DNA from: a virus
Length of the DNA: 64,000 bases
Strand: one strand, 5' to 3'
IMG/VR virus record: IMGVR_UViG_3300032241_002679
Location: 77,844-141,843 of that record
The notes under the pieces are model-generated. The model was not told the origin of the DNA. It made no database searches and saw only the letters and a list, made by a program, of their open reading frames with translations. The position numbers and the translations under genes are program-made. Within the stretch, counting starts at the first letter, position 1. The number at the start of each line of letters is the position of its first letter. Below, one piece after another: positions 48,379 to 57,718 of this stretch.

Positions 48379-48974
48379 CCATTAAAAAATTCACCACTAT
48401 CTGTGTCAATTACCCAATCTGGCTGAATCCAATCCAATATATCACGATGACATGTTGATAATACTATATTATTAATGTCATTATTTCTAATATATCTCGA
48501 AAGACTTACACTGGCCGCTTTAGCTACATCACGATCCACTACACTGGTGAATTCATCTATAATTGCATTTGAATTTAATTTACGAGATAAATCAGCCCTA
48601 AACTTCTCACCATTTGATAAGACATGATATGGTTTATACCACGAAGGTATACTATTCAATCCTACCGCCCCTAGCTTATTTATAGCCTCATCAGGGCTCT
48701 CAAAATGTGAAATGATAGATTTATTGTCATGCCATATAGGAACGGTCTCTTGGCCAAAATTCTTTATCATAGTACTCTTACCAGTACCACTACCTCCAAC
48801 TATTACGCCTATTTTAAATTCAGGAGGAATATTAGGAACACTCCATGGATAAAATTTAGAAGTGCCATCAAAAATACAGTCAAAAGCTTTTTCACTTGCT
48901 AATATAAATTCATCCCTATCAACTATACTAATTAAAGGCTTAGACTCCCTTGATAATTTTATTATTTCATTCAT
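48291..48974 (-). CDS. ABC-type ATPase, N-terminal part of an ABC-GNAT fusion
   Basis: GGSGTGKS, LSNGEKFRA, IIDEFTSVVDR, STCH. Confidence 0.88.
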   Translation of the reverse strand: MNEIIKLSRESKPLISIVDRDEFILASEKAFDCIFDGTSKFYPWSVPNIPPEFKIGVIVGGSGTGKSTMIKNFGQETVPIWHDNKSIISHFESPDEAINKLGAVGLNSIPSWYKPYHVLSNGEKFRADLSRKLNSNAIIDEFTSVVDRDVAKAASVSLSRYIRNNDINNIVLSTCHRDILDWIQPDWVIDTDSGEFFNGFFLSGQKYKSKYFEQAIISGTCLKVIII

Positions 48975-49080
48975 AAATGAAATATATAAAAAAATTAATA
49001 GGTGTAAAGTCTATAAAATAGAATAGCTAGAGGATAAATAAATACCCCCTAGCATACTATTTTATTAATTAAAATTTAAA

Positions 49081-49278
49081 TTATTTGCTAGCTAACTTGC
49101 TGATTTTTTCTTCCAATTTGTTTAATTTGGATTCCAAAATAGCTGTTTTGTCGCCTTTTTTAGCCTGTTCAGCAAGCCATTCTTTCTTTTTAACTTGAAT
49201 TGCTTCGCTTACAATGTTATCAATTAAATCAACCAAATCATTTTCAGAAATTCTAACGGTTTTTTTTGCGTTTGACAT
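49081..49278 (-). CDS. Small late protein with leader-like motif
   Basis: KKTVRISENDLVDLIDNIVSE; ATATTTAT at 49316. Confidence 0.6.
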   Translation of the reverse strand: MSNAKKTVRISENDLVDLIDNIVSEAIQVKKKEWLAEQAKKGDKTAILESKLNKLEEKISKLASK

Positions 49279-49360
49279 ATGCATATTTTTTTAAGTGAAT
49301 ATATTTATCTTGATTATAAATATACATTTTTTTTGAAAAAGATTAATTTTACTTAATTTT

Positions 49361-49870
49361 TTATTTTGCTAAATGATCTGCGCAATATGTACTGGCTGTT
49401 GAATTAGGCTTAATTTTAAATTCATAACCCATCCCCATTATATAACCAATAGCTTGACTCAAAGCTTTATTTGATTCCCAACGAGGATCAGGATTTATAT
49501 CAGCATGAACTTCCATCATAATTCCATAAGAATCTAATAATGGTGAAATTTCATAAGCAACTTCAATACTCTTAGTTACTTCCAATAACATCCTCTCATT
49601 AATGGTTTCCTTTTTCTTACCCTTAATACTTATATTGTAGTCTGAATATATCATCTTACCACCACGACCAACAATTGTACCGCCTCCCAAATCTTCCTTT
49701 ATAGTAATAAGAATAACAGTGGCAAATTTAAATCCTTTACCATTTCTCTGAGAATCAGTACCGACAGATACTCTAATCATGTGATTCATTTCTATTTCTT
49801 CAATAATTAAATTTTCCAAATATTCTAATAATGGAATTTTAATTTTTTCGCCAGCTCTTTTCCAAGTCAT
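49361..49870 (-). CDS. RNase H-like YkuK (DUF458) family protein
   Basis: VGTDSQ..RMLLEVTKSIEVA..EVHADINP..IKP.S.AS.YCAD. Confidence 0.8.
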   Translation of the reverse strand: MTWKRAGEKIKIPLLEYLENLIIEEIEMNHMIRVSVGTDSQRNGKGFKFATVILITIKEDLGGGTIVGRGGKMIYSDYNISIKGKKKETINERMLLEVTKSIEVAYEISPLLDSYGIMMEVHADINPDPRWESNKALSQAIGYIMGMGYEFKIKPNSTASTYCADHLAK

Positions 49871-49928
49871 AATAATTTTTTTTAAAAAACGTGTTATAAT
49901 AAAAAATCCCCAATTATGGGGACTAATT

Positions 49929-51329
49929 TTAAAAATTTGTTGTCGGTAATAATTCCTTCAACCTTTTATAATTTTTTTCCCCTATTTCATTCTTATTTAT
50001 CGCTAGACGAAATAACGACCCACCATTACTTCTGTCAAGATATTTAATTTCATCTGGTATTATTTCTATAGGATTACCAACTAAATTCAAAAATATAAGC
50101 TTATTAAGCTGACCAATTTCAATTGGTAAAATTTTTATACGATTATGTGATAATACTAACATTTCTAGATTCGTTAATTTACCAATGCTAGAATGCAACT
50201 CAATCATTTTAGCATTCGTTATTATTAATTGATCTAGTGATTTAAATTTACTAATGTCTGGCATTCTAGGAATATCCCTACTCATAAATCTAATCGTTGG
50301 AGTATCATCCTCAATTATTTCAAATAAACTCTCACAAAAACCAAATTTTATTAAGTAATCTAAATATAAATTATTTTCTATTTTAGACTTATTTTCCTTA
50401 GCCATTCGAATCAATTCATTATATAAAAAATTAGATATACCCTCACTCTCATTTATAACTGATTCAAAAATATTGGCATCGGTATTATTTTTATTTTTTA
50501 TTTGCCTACTCTCAAAATGAATTTGATAAATTTCATCAGACTCATTTGTAAAAAATTTATTGTTTATTATAATATACAATTTTGATTTTTCATTAAAAGG
50601 CGTTAGTCTATTAGTATAACTAGCAAACATGCCATTATTATTTCTAGACGTACACCAACTAACAAACTTTTCAAAAATTACACTCGCATCCAATGATAAT
50701 GGAATGAAAAGAGTAAATTTTCTATCCCTGACTGGTATCATTGCTTGACCAGAATTAACATATCTCTCAAGCAATGATTCTAACTCACTTGGATTACGCT
50801 CAATAAATGGATCAACTGCATCATATAATTGAGATAAAGATTTATACTGATTAATATCTGTCGGATCAGTTATATTAGCCAATATATAAGAAGAACTGCA
50901 TAATTTTTTAAATTTCTGCTTTCTCTTATTTGCCTCAAATAATGTAATATAATTACTTGCATGTGGCAAATCCTCATCAATAAATCTAATAGCCTGTGTT
51001 ATACCATCACCACCAGCCTTTAAATACCTACTGAATGTATTTAACATCCATTGTACGTAGGATTTATTTGGCGTTGGATCAGCCTCTATTATATTAGAAA
51101 ATACATCAAAACTAATACTGACATGCTTAATAGACTTAATAGGATTAATATCCTTATCATTCTTTATATAAACAATTGCCAAAATTTTTGATGTCTCTAT
51201 AATATTATATTCATATTTAAAATCCTCAAAATATTTTTTCTTGTCATTTAAATTTTTTTCATCAGTCTCAAAAACATCAAATTTTTTTGCTAAAAATGCT
51301 AGCCTATCAGTAGATTTTAATCCATCCAT
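49929..51329 (-). CDS. Phage protein with C-terminal leucine-rich repeats
   Basis: IGKLTNLEMLVLSHNRIKILPIEIGQLNKLIFLNLVGNPI; TATATTTG promoter element at 51343. Confidence 0.8.
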   Translation of the reverse strand: MDGLKSTDRLAFLAKKFDVFETDEKNLNDKKKYFEDFKYEYNIIETSKILAIVYIKNDKDINPIKSIKHVSISFDVFSNIIEADPTPNKSYVQWMLNTFSRYLKAGGDGITQAIRFIDEDLPHASNYITLFEANKRKQKFKKLCSSSYILANITDPTDINQYKSLSQLYDAVDPFIERNPSELESLLERYVNSGQAMIPVRDRKFTLFIPLSLDASVIFEKFVSWCTSRNNNGMFASYTNRLTPFNEKSKLYIIINNKFFTNESDEIYQIHFESRQIKNKNNTDANIFESVINESEGISNFLYNELIRMAKENKSKIENNLYLDYLIKFGFCESLFEIIEDDTPTIRFMSRDIPRMPDISKFKSLDQLIITNAKMIELHSSIGKLTNLEMLVLSHNRIKILPIEIGQLNKLIFLNLVGNPIEIIPDEIKYLDRSNGGSLFRLAINKNEIGEKNYKRLKELLPTTNF

Positions 51330-51379
51330 AGCAAAATTTTTACAAATATACTTAATTTATAAGAATTATCAAATTTTAT

Positions 51380-51721
51380 TTAATAAAATCTTTTGAAAAA
51401 ATCATCTTCCTCAAATTCCTCTAATTTTTTCTTCAAAATCCATATTAAATTGCTTAATTCATTTGGGTCATACCTAGAAATAATACTCAGTATTACTTTA
51501 TTCGCATTCTCACCATCCGTTAAACGATATTTTATTTCCTTAAAATATTTCCCATTATCAATGTCTATTAGCTCCTTTATTATCAAATTATATATTTCCC
51601 ATCTCGCCTCAGTCTCCTCATCCATTCCATTTATAACATTTTTTATTAATTTACTATATTCCTTGTCTAAAGTCGTATTTTTGCCCTGACTATCTTTAAG
51701 TATAAAATCGCAAAATTCCAT
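51380..51721 (-). CDS. Hypothetical protein, paralog of 51817-52140
   Basis: Shared W..YN..I.EL..KE..Y.LT..E..N.V motif. Confidence 0.6.
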   Translation of the reverse strand: MEFCDFILKDSQGKNTTLDKEYSKLIKNVINGMDEETEARWEIYNLIIKELIDIDNGKYFKEIKYRLTDGENANKVILSIISRYDPNELSNLIWILKKKLEEFEEDDFFKRFY

Positions 51722-51816
51722 TTACTTATATTTTAAATCTATGTTATATAGATAAATATCTTCATATTCTCAATCATGAATTGAAATTATAATTTTGACA
51801 AAAAAATAATGGATAA

Positions 51817-52140
51817 TTATAAAAAATTTTTAATCTTATGATAAAGTCTATCTAATTCTGGTGAACGATCCTTTACATCTTTAATAACTTCAATACAGAC
51901 ACGATTAGGGTCTTCATTATTTGTTAATTTATACTGTAATTCCTTTACCCTTAAATTGTCCTTTATTGAATGCTTAAGCTCTAAAATTACTTGATTATAT
52001 GTAAGCCAAGCTTGTTTATTTTTTATGTCCCCGTGTTCCAATACTTCAACAACTTTATCCTCATATACATGCTCCAAATGTGTTTCAAAATTTCCATACT
52101 GCTGTGTGAGGATTTGTCGTATCTTATTTCGAATATCCAT
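51817..52140 (-). CDS. Hypothetical protein, paralog of 51380-51721
   Basis: Same motif; MDIRNKIRQIL leader. Confidence 0.6.
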   Translation of the reverse strand: MDIRNKIRQILTQQYGNFETHLEHVYEDKVVEVLEHGDIKNKQAWLTYNQVILELKHSIKDNLRVKELQYKLTNNEDPNRVCIEVIKDVKDRSPELDRLYHKIKNFL

Positions 52141-52144
52141 GAGA

Positions 52145-52483
52145 TCAATTTATTGGGACATTTTTCGATAATTTATTATCCTTAATTTTACCAAACATCC
52201 AATCCTTTATCACTTGTTTCGTAAATTCATCACCTAGCTTATATTTCTTCTTGAAATATTCATATAATTCTTTAATAGTCGTCTCAGTATTATCTACCTT
52301 TATCTTGACCATCGGTTCTTCATAATACTCACCATCCTCACGAACAATCCCAAGCATTGGCTCATAATTAGAATTTAAATCAGCTACCAATTTCTCCACA
52401 AGAGTCTCATGCATATTATTTTCCATAATACTCCTTTTTAAAACTTGTAATTGTCTCTCATTTATAATAATTGTTCTTCCCAT
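52145..52483 (-). CDS. Late protein with leader-like motif
   Basis: MGRTIIINERQLQVLKRSIME; ATATTTAT 5 nt upstream. Confidence 0.6.
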   Translation of the reverse strand: MGRTIIINERQLQVLKRSIMENNMHETLVEKLVADLNSNYEPMLGIVREDGEYYEEPMVKIKVDNTETTIKELYEYFKKKYKLGDEFTKQVIKDWMFGKIKDNKLSKNVPIN

Positions 52484-52509
52484 AATCTATAAATATCTCG
52501 TTAAAAAAC

Positions 52510-52534
52510 AAAAGAGCTGAATTAACAGCTCTTT
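52510..52534 (-). terminator. Intrinsic terminator
   Basis: aaagagctg-aattaa-cagctcttt. Confidence 0.7.
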
Positions 52535-52536
52535 AT

Positions 52537-52851
52537 TTAATTTTTTAAATCATTTATAATTTTTTGAAGAGCTGGTTTTGACATTACTCCCTTTGTCCTT
52601 TCTACCATCTTTCCATCCTTAAAATATAATATCGTAGGAATACTACTGACCATATATTTAGTTTGGGACTCTGGATTAGAAGTAATATCCAATTTTCCAA
52701 TTATAATATCACTATTTTCTTTAGCCAATTGCTCAATAATCGGACCTATCATCTTACAAGGCCCACACCAATCAGCAAAAAAATCAATGATTACTGTCTT
52801 ATTTTCTTTTAAAATCTCATTAATGTTTTTGTCCGTAATTTCTAATGCCAT
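52537..52851 (-). CDS. trxA: Thioredoxin
   Basis: DFFADWCGPCK, SIPT.LYFKDG. Confidence 0.95.
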   Translation of the reverse strand: MALEITDKNINEILKENKTVIIDFFADWCGPCKMIGPIIEQLAKENSDIIIGKLDITSNPESQTKYMVSSIPTILYFKDGKMVERTKGVMSKPALQKIINDLKN

Positions 52852-52862
52852 ATCTCTTTTTT

Positions 52863-53171
52863 TTAATTAAATGAATTCTTATATATAGATGCCACTAACT
52901 TAACTGGCTCATAAAATACAATATACTTCTCTTCGTCAAAAAAATCAACTATATATTTTAAAGATGTCGCTCTATCTAAATTATATATATCATATAAATA
53001 TTTACTTATTTCATTAAATAATATTATATTACTGTTTGTTAAAGAATTATATTTTGCCTCAAGCCTAATAATATTACAAAAATTTCTATATGTACTAAAA
53101 TGACTATATTTGTAAAAATCAAATGATTTTTCACAAATAGAATAATAAATATAATTATCCAAATTAACCAT
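52863..53171 (-). CDS. Hypothetical protein
   Basis: 102-aa ORF upstream of trx. Confidence 0.45.
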   Translation of the reverse strand: MVNLDNYIYYSICEKSFDFYKYSHFSTYRNFCNIIRLEAKYNSLTNSNIILFNEISKYLYDIYNLDRATSLKYIVDFFDEEKYIVFYEPVKLVASIYKNSFN

Positions 53172-53188
53172 AATGATATTTATCTATA

Positions 53189-53431
53189 ATGTTATATCAA
53201 GAAGAAAAAATATTAATTTACAAATTCCTTTCAAGAAATTATCCCGTACTGAGAATTAAACATAATATGCGCTTTAAAAGAGCCATATCTGTTTATAATC
53301 AATATTATTTCTTGGGTGATAAAAACAATTCAAATGAATTATATTATCAATTATTAGATATACTAAAAATAGTTTTTAATACTCCTGATGATATAAATAA
53401 AGATATCCTAAAAACATTTCTACACCTATAA
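53189..53431 (+). CDS. Hypothetical late protein
   Basis: ATATTTAT at 53176. Confidence 0.55.
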   Translation: MLYQEEKILIYKFLSRNYPVLRIKHNMRFKRAISVYNQYYFLGDKNNSNELYYQLLDILKIVFNTPDDINKDILKTFLHL

Positions 53432-53451
53432 TAAATTTACTAAAAATTTTA

Positions 53452-53895
53452 TTAAATTTCAATATCAACATTTGGTAGAGGCTTGGTTTTTAATTTTTCA
53501 ACTATTTCAATCAAATCTTCATATATATCCTCAATATAACCCAAATCAATTAATTCATTATCTATTTCACTGGATAATAGATCCAATTTAGAGACATTAT
53601 CTGGCTGCTCATTAAAATTATATGAATTAGCTACATCATAATATTTGCCATTTCTTTTATTCATTATCTTAATAAAATTTTCTAGATCCTTTTTCTTATT
53701 GTTTAATATAGAAACATTCTCATAAATCTCATTAATAGATATTGACATAGCATAATTAAATGCTACTTTATATTTATTTTTAACGTCCTCTAAATCTTTA
53801 GATGCCGCTTTTAGCAAATCATCAATATAATTTGAATCATAACTTATATTATTTTCAAGTAATTTATACTGTCTCTCCGTTATTCTAACTTTCAT
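53452..53895 (-). CDS. Late helical protein with leader-like motif
   Basis: MKVRITERQYKLLE; ATATTTAT at 53908. Confidence 0.6.
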   Translation of the reverse strand: MKVRITERQYKLLENNISYDSNYIDDLLKAASKDLEDVKNKYKVAFNYAMSISINEIYENVSILNNKKKDLENFIKIMNKRNGKYYDVANSYNFNEQPDNVSKLDLLSSEIDNELIDLGYIEDIYEDLIEIVEKLKTKPLPNVDIEI

Positions 53896-53935
53896 GGTAT
53901 TTTTTTAATAAATATCATTTACAATCTTAAAAATA

Positions 53936-54484
53936 ATGAATATTCTTTTAAAAAAAATAATGTCTGAAAAAAAAATTAAACTAAAAATAGAGCTTATTCC
54001 AAAAACTTGCCACTTTAAAAACGCTAGACTTAAACTAAAACCATATCAATGGGATTATATTAGAAAATATTGCTATCATAAAGCAAATTATAAATGCGAA
54101 ATATGTGGCCTCACTGGAACAGAACAAGGCTTTAAAAATAATTTAGATTGTCATGAAATATGGGGTTTTAATAAAAAAACACTTACACAAAAACTAATTG
54201 GATTAATAGCATTATGCCCACTCTGCCATCAGACTAAACATTTCAAAAAAGCTAGCATGATGGGAAGACAGCATATAATATTTAAACATCTTGAAAAAAT
54301 TAATAATTGGAATCATAAACAAGTCGTACAGCATTTAGCCGAAGAATACTTAAAATGTGAAGAAAGATCTAAACATTATTGGAAATTAGACTTCAGCATA
54401 CTATTAAAAAAACCATATAATATTATCATTAAAAAAAATAAAAAATATAAATACAAAAAACAGAGTAAAAAAAATATGAATTAA
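53936..54484 (+). CDS. HNH-like nuclease
   Basis: W..IRK..Y.KANYKCEICG..LDCHEIW..LIALCPLCHQTKH; start may be MSEKK. Confidence 0.75.
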   Translation: MNILLKKIMSEKKIKLKIELIPKTCHFKNARLKLKPYQWDYIRKYCYHKANYKCEICGLTGTEQGFKNNLDCHEIWGFNKKTLTQKLIGLIALCPLCHQTKHFKKASMMGRQHIIFKHLEKINNWNHKQVVQHLAEEYLKCEERSKHYWKLDFSILLKKPYNIIIKKNKKYKYKKQSKKNMN

Positions 54485-54711
54485 TTACTATTATTATATA
54501 ATTCATTCTTCTTAAAAAGAAAATCACATAATATATATAAACCAAATGATTGATAAAAATTTATACGTGGTAAATGAAATAAATCTACCATTAACCAATT
54601 CCATAAATACATTACTGGTAAACCAAATATTAAAGCAAAAAATACAATCGCTAGACCTATACTAATAACTATGCCAATAGCCCTTCCAATCTTTTCAAAA
54701 TTTTTTTCCAT
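54481..54711 (-). CDS. Small membrane protein
   Basis: Hydrophobic helices, LWNWLM..FHLP.I.FYQ. Confidence 0.6.
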   Translation of the reverse strand: MEKNFEKIGRAIGIVISIGLAIVFFALIFGLPVMYLWNWLMVDLFHLPRINFYQSFGLYILCDFLFKKNELYNNSN

Positions 54712-54712
54712 A

Positions 54713-55048
54713 TTATAATTTTATTTCTTCATTAATTAATTCACATATTACTTTTTCTAATTCAACCTTTGTTTTTAAATCAATATGAGCTATAGCATTC
54801 ATACTCCTTAGACGATTTAAATTAACTACTGGCTCATTATCCTTCTTAATATTAGTTGGCTTTACTTCAACTTTATCATTTTTTAATTGCTTATATAAAT
54901 CCTCTATACTAATACTCAATAATCCACTCTTCATTCCCTTTAACTTAAATTCAATTCGCTGATCAGCTGTCAATGTAATTTGAATCTCACGATCATCATA
55001 CTTAACCGTGCTTTCCCTTAATAAATCTTTGTCAAGAATTGTTGCCAT
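54713..55048 (-). CDS. Hypothetical protein
   Basis: 111-aa ORF in an operon. Confidence 0.55.
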   Translation of the reverse strand: MATILDKDLLRESTVKYDDREIQITLTADQRIEFKLKGMKSGLLSISIEDLYKQLKNDKVEVKPTNIKKDNEPVVNLNRLRSMNAIAHIDLKTKVELEKVICELINEEIKL

Positions 55049-55241
55049 GTGTTATTTTTTTTAATGTTATGTCAGTGCGATATGGGTTATTTATTTCCAA
55101 TGGCTCTTGAATTGTAAGACTAATCTCAACAACACGACCATTACCATTACAAGTAAGACATGAAATGCTTTCTGACACTATATTTGTCAAAACTCCTGAG
55201 CCTAAACAAATAGGACAAATGACGATTTTCCGTTCACTCAT
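55032..55241 (-). CDS. Small DnaJ-type zinc-finger protein
   Basis: CPICLGSG and CLTCNGNG (CxxCxGxG twice). Confidence 0.7.
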   Translation of the reverse strand: MSERKIVICPICLGSGVLTNIVSESISCLTCNGNGRVVEISLTIQEPLEINNPYRTDITLKKITHGNNS

Positions 55242-56275
55242 AAAATAGTTTTAATTTCATCCAAAGTTATGTCTTTTTTTAATTCTAAAAAATCTTTTAT
55301 TTTGAATACTTGATCTAGACTTATATTTCCAATATTCTCAGCTAAATCCTTACGGCCTAATAATTCATACTTTAATTCTATACTTGGATTCTTAAATTCA
55401 CGAACATATTTAAACCTACTTGGCCTATTCTTTATTGCTGGACTGACCTTATCCAAATCATTCACTGTCATGAAAAATATCATCTTATTATAGTCATTAT
55501 ATACTCCATCAAAACAATTTAATAATACATCAAATGTAAATTTAATATTCTCACTAGGTATAATACACTTCCTGTCATTAAAATAATTATCAAAATCCTC
55601 AAATAATACTATGCTATTTGGCGGTATACCATTAAAAGCTTCTAATATCTCTACATTAGTATAATCAGGACTGAAATACATAGTATATATTGGTAATTCA
55701 TATTTCTGACTTATATACTTTATGAACCTAGATTTACCATTACCAGCTGGCCCATATAATAAAGCACTCGTCTTAGGTATCTCGCCATTTAATACCCTGA
55801 CAATATCGGACTCAATATCCTCATACAAATCTCTGTCATTAGCAATACTAAAATTAATACATTCCATCTTCCCAATCTCAATAGTGCCATATGGTGACAT
55901 AGCATATATGCTAACCGTCTTATCCCCTATACTTAACTCTCTTAAAAAATTTTTAACTTTATTAACATTCCATCTGAAAAAATATATATCCAATATCGAA
56001 TCCTTAGGTGTCCAACCAGCAGTAAAAAGCCTCTCTGTCTTATTAAACCAAATAAAAATATTATTGAACTTATATATAGCATTGAATATTGTCGGATCTT
56101 TCTTATCTAATACTAACTCTTGAGATAAAACAAATCTCCATTTACTCTCTTTGTTTAATGTCTTAAATAACCTAGTGCCTAAACTACGATTAATTCTTAT
56201 ATGACTTAAAATAATAAATTTTAATGATACTAACCCACCTAATATCCCACCTAATGATAGTAATAACGCTAACAT
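55238..56275 (-). CDS. Membrane-anchored AAA ATPase (BCS1-like)
   Basis: Likely start MLALLLSLGG (TM); LLYGPAGNGKS, LFEDFD, LLNCFDG, RPSRF; TAATTTTG at 56291. Confidence 0.8.
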   Translation of the reverse strand: MLALLLSLGGILGGLVSLKFIILSHIRINRSLGTRLFKTLNKESKWRFVLSQELVLDKKDPTIFNAIYKFNNIFIWFNKTERLFTAGWTPKDSILDIYFFRWNVNKVKNFLRELSIGDKTVSIYAMSPYGTIEIGKMECINFSIANDRDLYEDIESDIVRVLNGEIPKTSALLYGPAGNGKSRFIKYISQKYELPIYTMYFSPDYTNVEILEAFNGIPPNSIVLFEDFDNYFNDRKCIIPSENIKFTFDVLLNCFDGVYNDYNKMIFFMTVNDLDKVSPAIKNRPSRFKYVREFKNPSIELKYELLGRKDLAENIGNISLDQVFKIKDFLELKKDITLDEIKTIL

Positions 56276-56342
56276 ATTTAAAAATTTAGACAAAATTACA
56301 TATTTTATTACAAATAGCCAAATATTTATTAAATAAATTATT

Positions 56343-56879
56343 ATGAATTTAAAAAAATTTATACATAAAAAATTTAGAATTCTGACAGAAAATCTTATCG
56401 AAATGGTCGAGAATGCGCTGACCTTTAATGAACTTCCGTCATGTATAAAAGACAATTTTCATAAAAATATTACAATGAGCGTAGCTTTTGTTAAAAAAGA
56501 TGGAACCGTAAGACATATGGCATTTAGAAGAAATCTTAAATCATATGTAAAAAGCGATAGACCAAAAACTGATGCACAAAAAAATATACTGATTAATAAT
56601 AATTTACTTAATGTCTATGATACAAATCTATATATCAAAGCATTACAAGAGACACAGGATCAAACTGCTGCCGCTAAAGTAAGTTATAGAAATATTAAAT
56701 TGGATACAGTATTAGCTATACTCTGCAATGGCCAAATACATGATTTTAGAGATCGTAATAAAATAATGGATATTTATGGTGAAACGGTATATAATCAATT
56801 GACAAAAAATATGATACACGCACTTAATAAAGATACTGAGAATACTAATTTAAATTTACCAGAAAATCCAGAAATATGA
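56343..56879 (+). CDS. SH3/WYL-like beta-barrel protein with leader
   Basis: MNLKKFIHKKFRILTE; VAFVKKDGTVRHM..VYD..YRNIKLD. Confidence 0.6.
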   Translation: MNLKKFIHKKFRILTENLIEMVENALTFNELPSCIKDNFHKNITMSVAFVKKDGTVRHMAFRRNLKSYVKSDRPKTDAQKNILINNNLLNVYDTNLYIKALQETQDQTAAAKVSYRNIKLDTVLAILCNGQIHDFRDRNKIMDIYGETVYNQLTKNMIHALNKDTENTNLNLPENPEI

Positions 56880-57718
56880 TATTCATTAAAAATGCTATAA
56901 TAGAAAATACCATTAACCATACAGTATCTCATATGGATGAAATATCCAATATATATGAAACAGCTATTAAAAATATGGATGCTGAAATAAAAATACCTAA
57001 TAATGTTCTCAATAGCTTTAAAATTAAAAATGAACTTAATCCAGAAATTTGGCATAATAATAAAATTAATTCAGAAATTAAAAATAAACTAATTAAAATA
57101 GCTAAAGACTTCTTTAAAAATCTAGAATTACCAAATAATATAAAAATAAAAGATATCCTCTTTGTAGGTAGCCTAGCTAATTATAATTGGTCTAAATATA
57201 GCGACATAGACTTACATATTCTAATCGATTTCTCAAAATTTGAGGATAAAGATATTATTAAAAAATTCTTCGATAGTAATAAAAATATGTTTAACCTTAA
57301 ACATAATATCAAAGTTAAAGGACATGATTTAGAATTATATGTACAAGATACTAAAGAAAAATTATCAGCATCAGCTATATATAGCTTAATGCATGATAAA
57401 TGGATTCTCATGCCTAAAGAAGTCGATTTTAAATTGGATAAATCTTTAATTAAAATAAAAATAACTAAAATATTTGATAAACTTAAAATCATAAAAAAAA
57501 ATTATGATAAAAAAAATTATCAAAAAACAATTGATTATATAGATGACCTTAAAGACTATATAAAAAAAATGAGACAAAGCGGACTAGAAAAAGGCGGTGA
57601 ATTTAGTATAGAAAATATAATATTCAAAATACTTCGTAGAACTGATATTATGGAATATCTAGATACATTCAAAAATAAAGCCTATGATAACATGGTATCA
57701 ATTAAAGAACAATTATGA
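56876..57718 (+). CDS. Pol-beta-superfamily nucleotidyltransferase
   Basis: GSLANYNWSKYSDIDLHILID, ELYVQD, GEFSIENIIFKILRR. Confidence 0.82.
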   Translation: MIFIKNAIIENTINHTVSHMDEISNIYETAIKNMDAEIKIPNNVLNSFKIKNELNPEIWHNNKINSEIKNKLIKIAKDFFKNLELPNNIKIKDILFVGSLANYNWSKYSDIDLHILIDFSKFEDKDIIKKFFDSNKNMFNLKHNIKVKGHDLELYVQDTKEKLSASAIYSLMHDKWILMPKEVDFKLDKSLIKIKITKIFDKLKIIKKNYDKKNYQKTIDYIDDLKDYIKKMRQSGLEKGGEFSIENIIFKILRRTDIMEYLDTFKNKAYDNMVSIKEQL

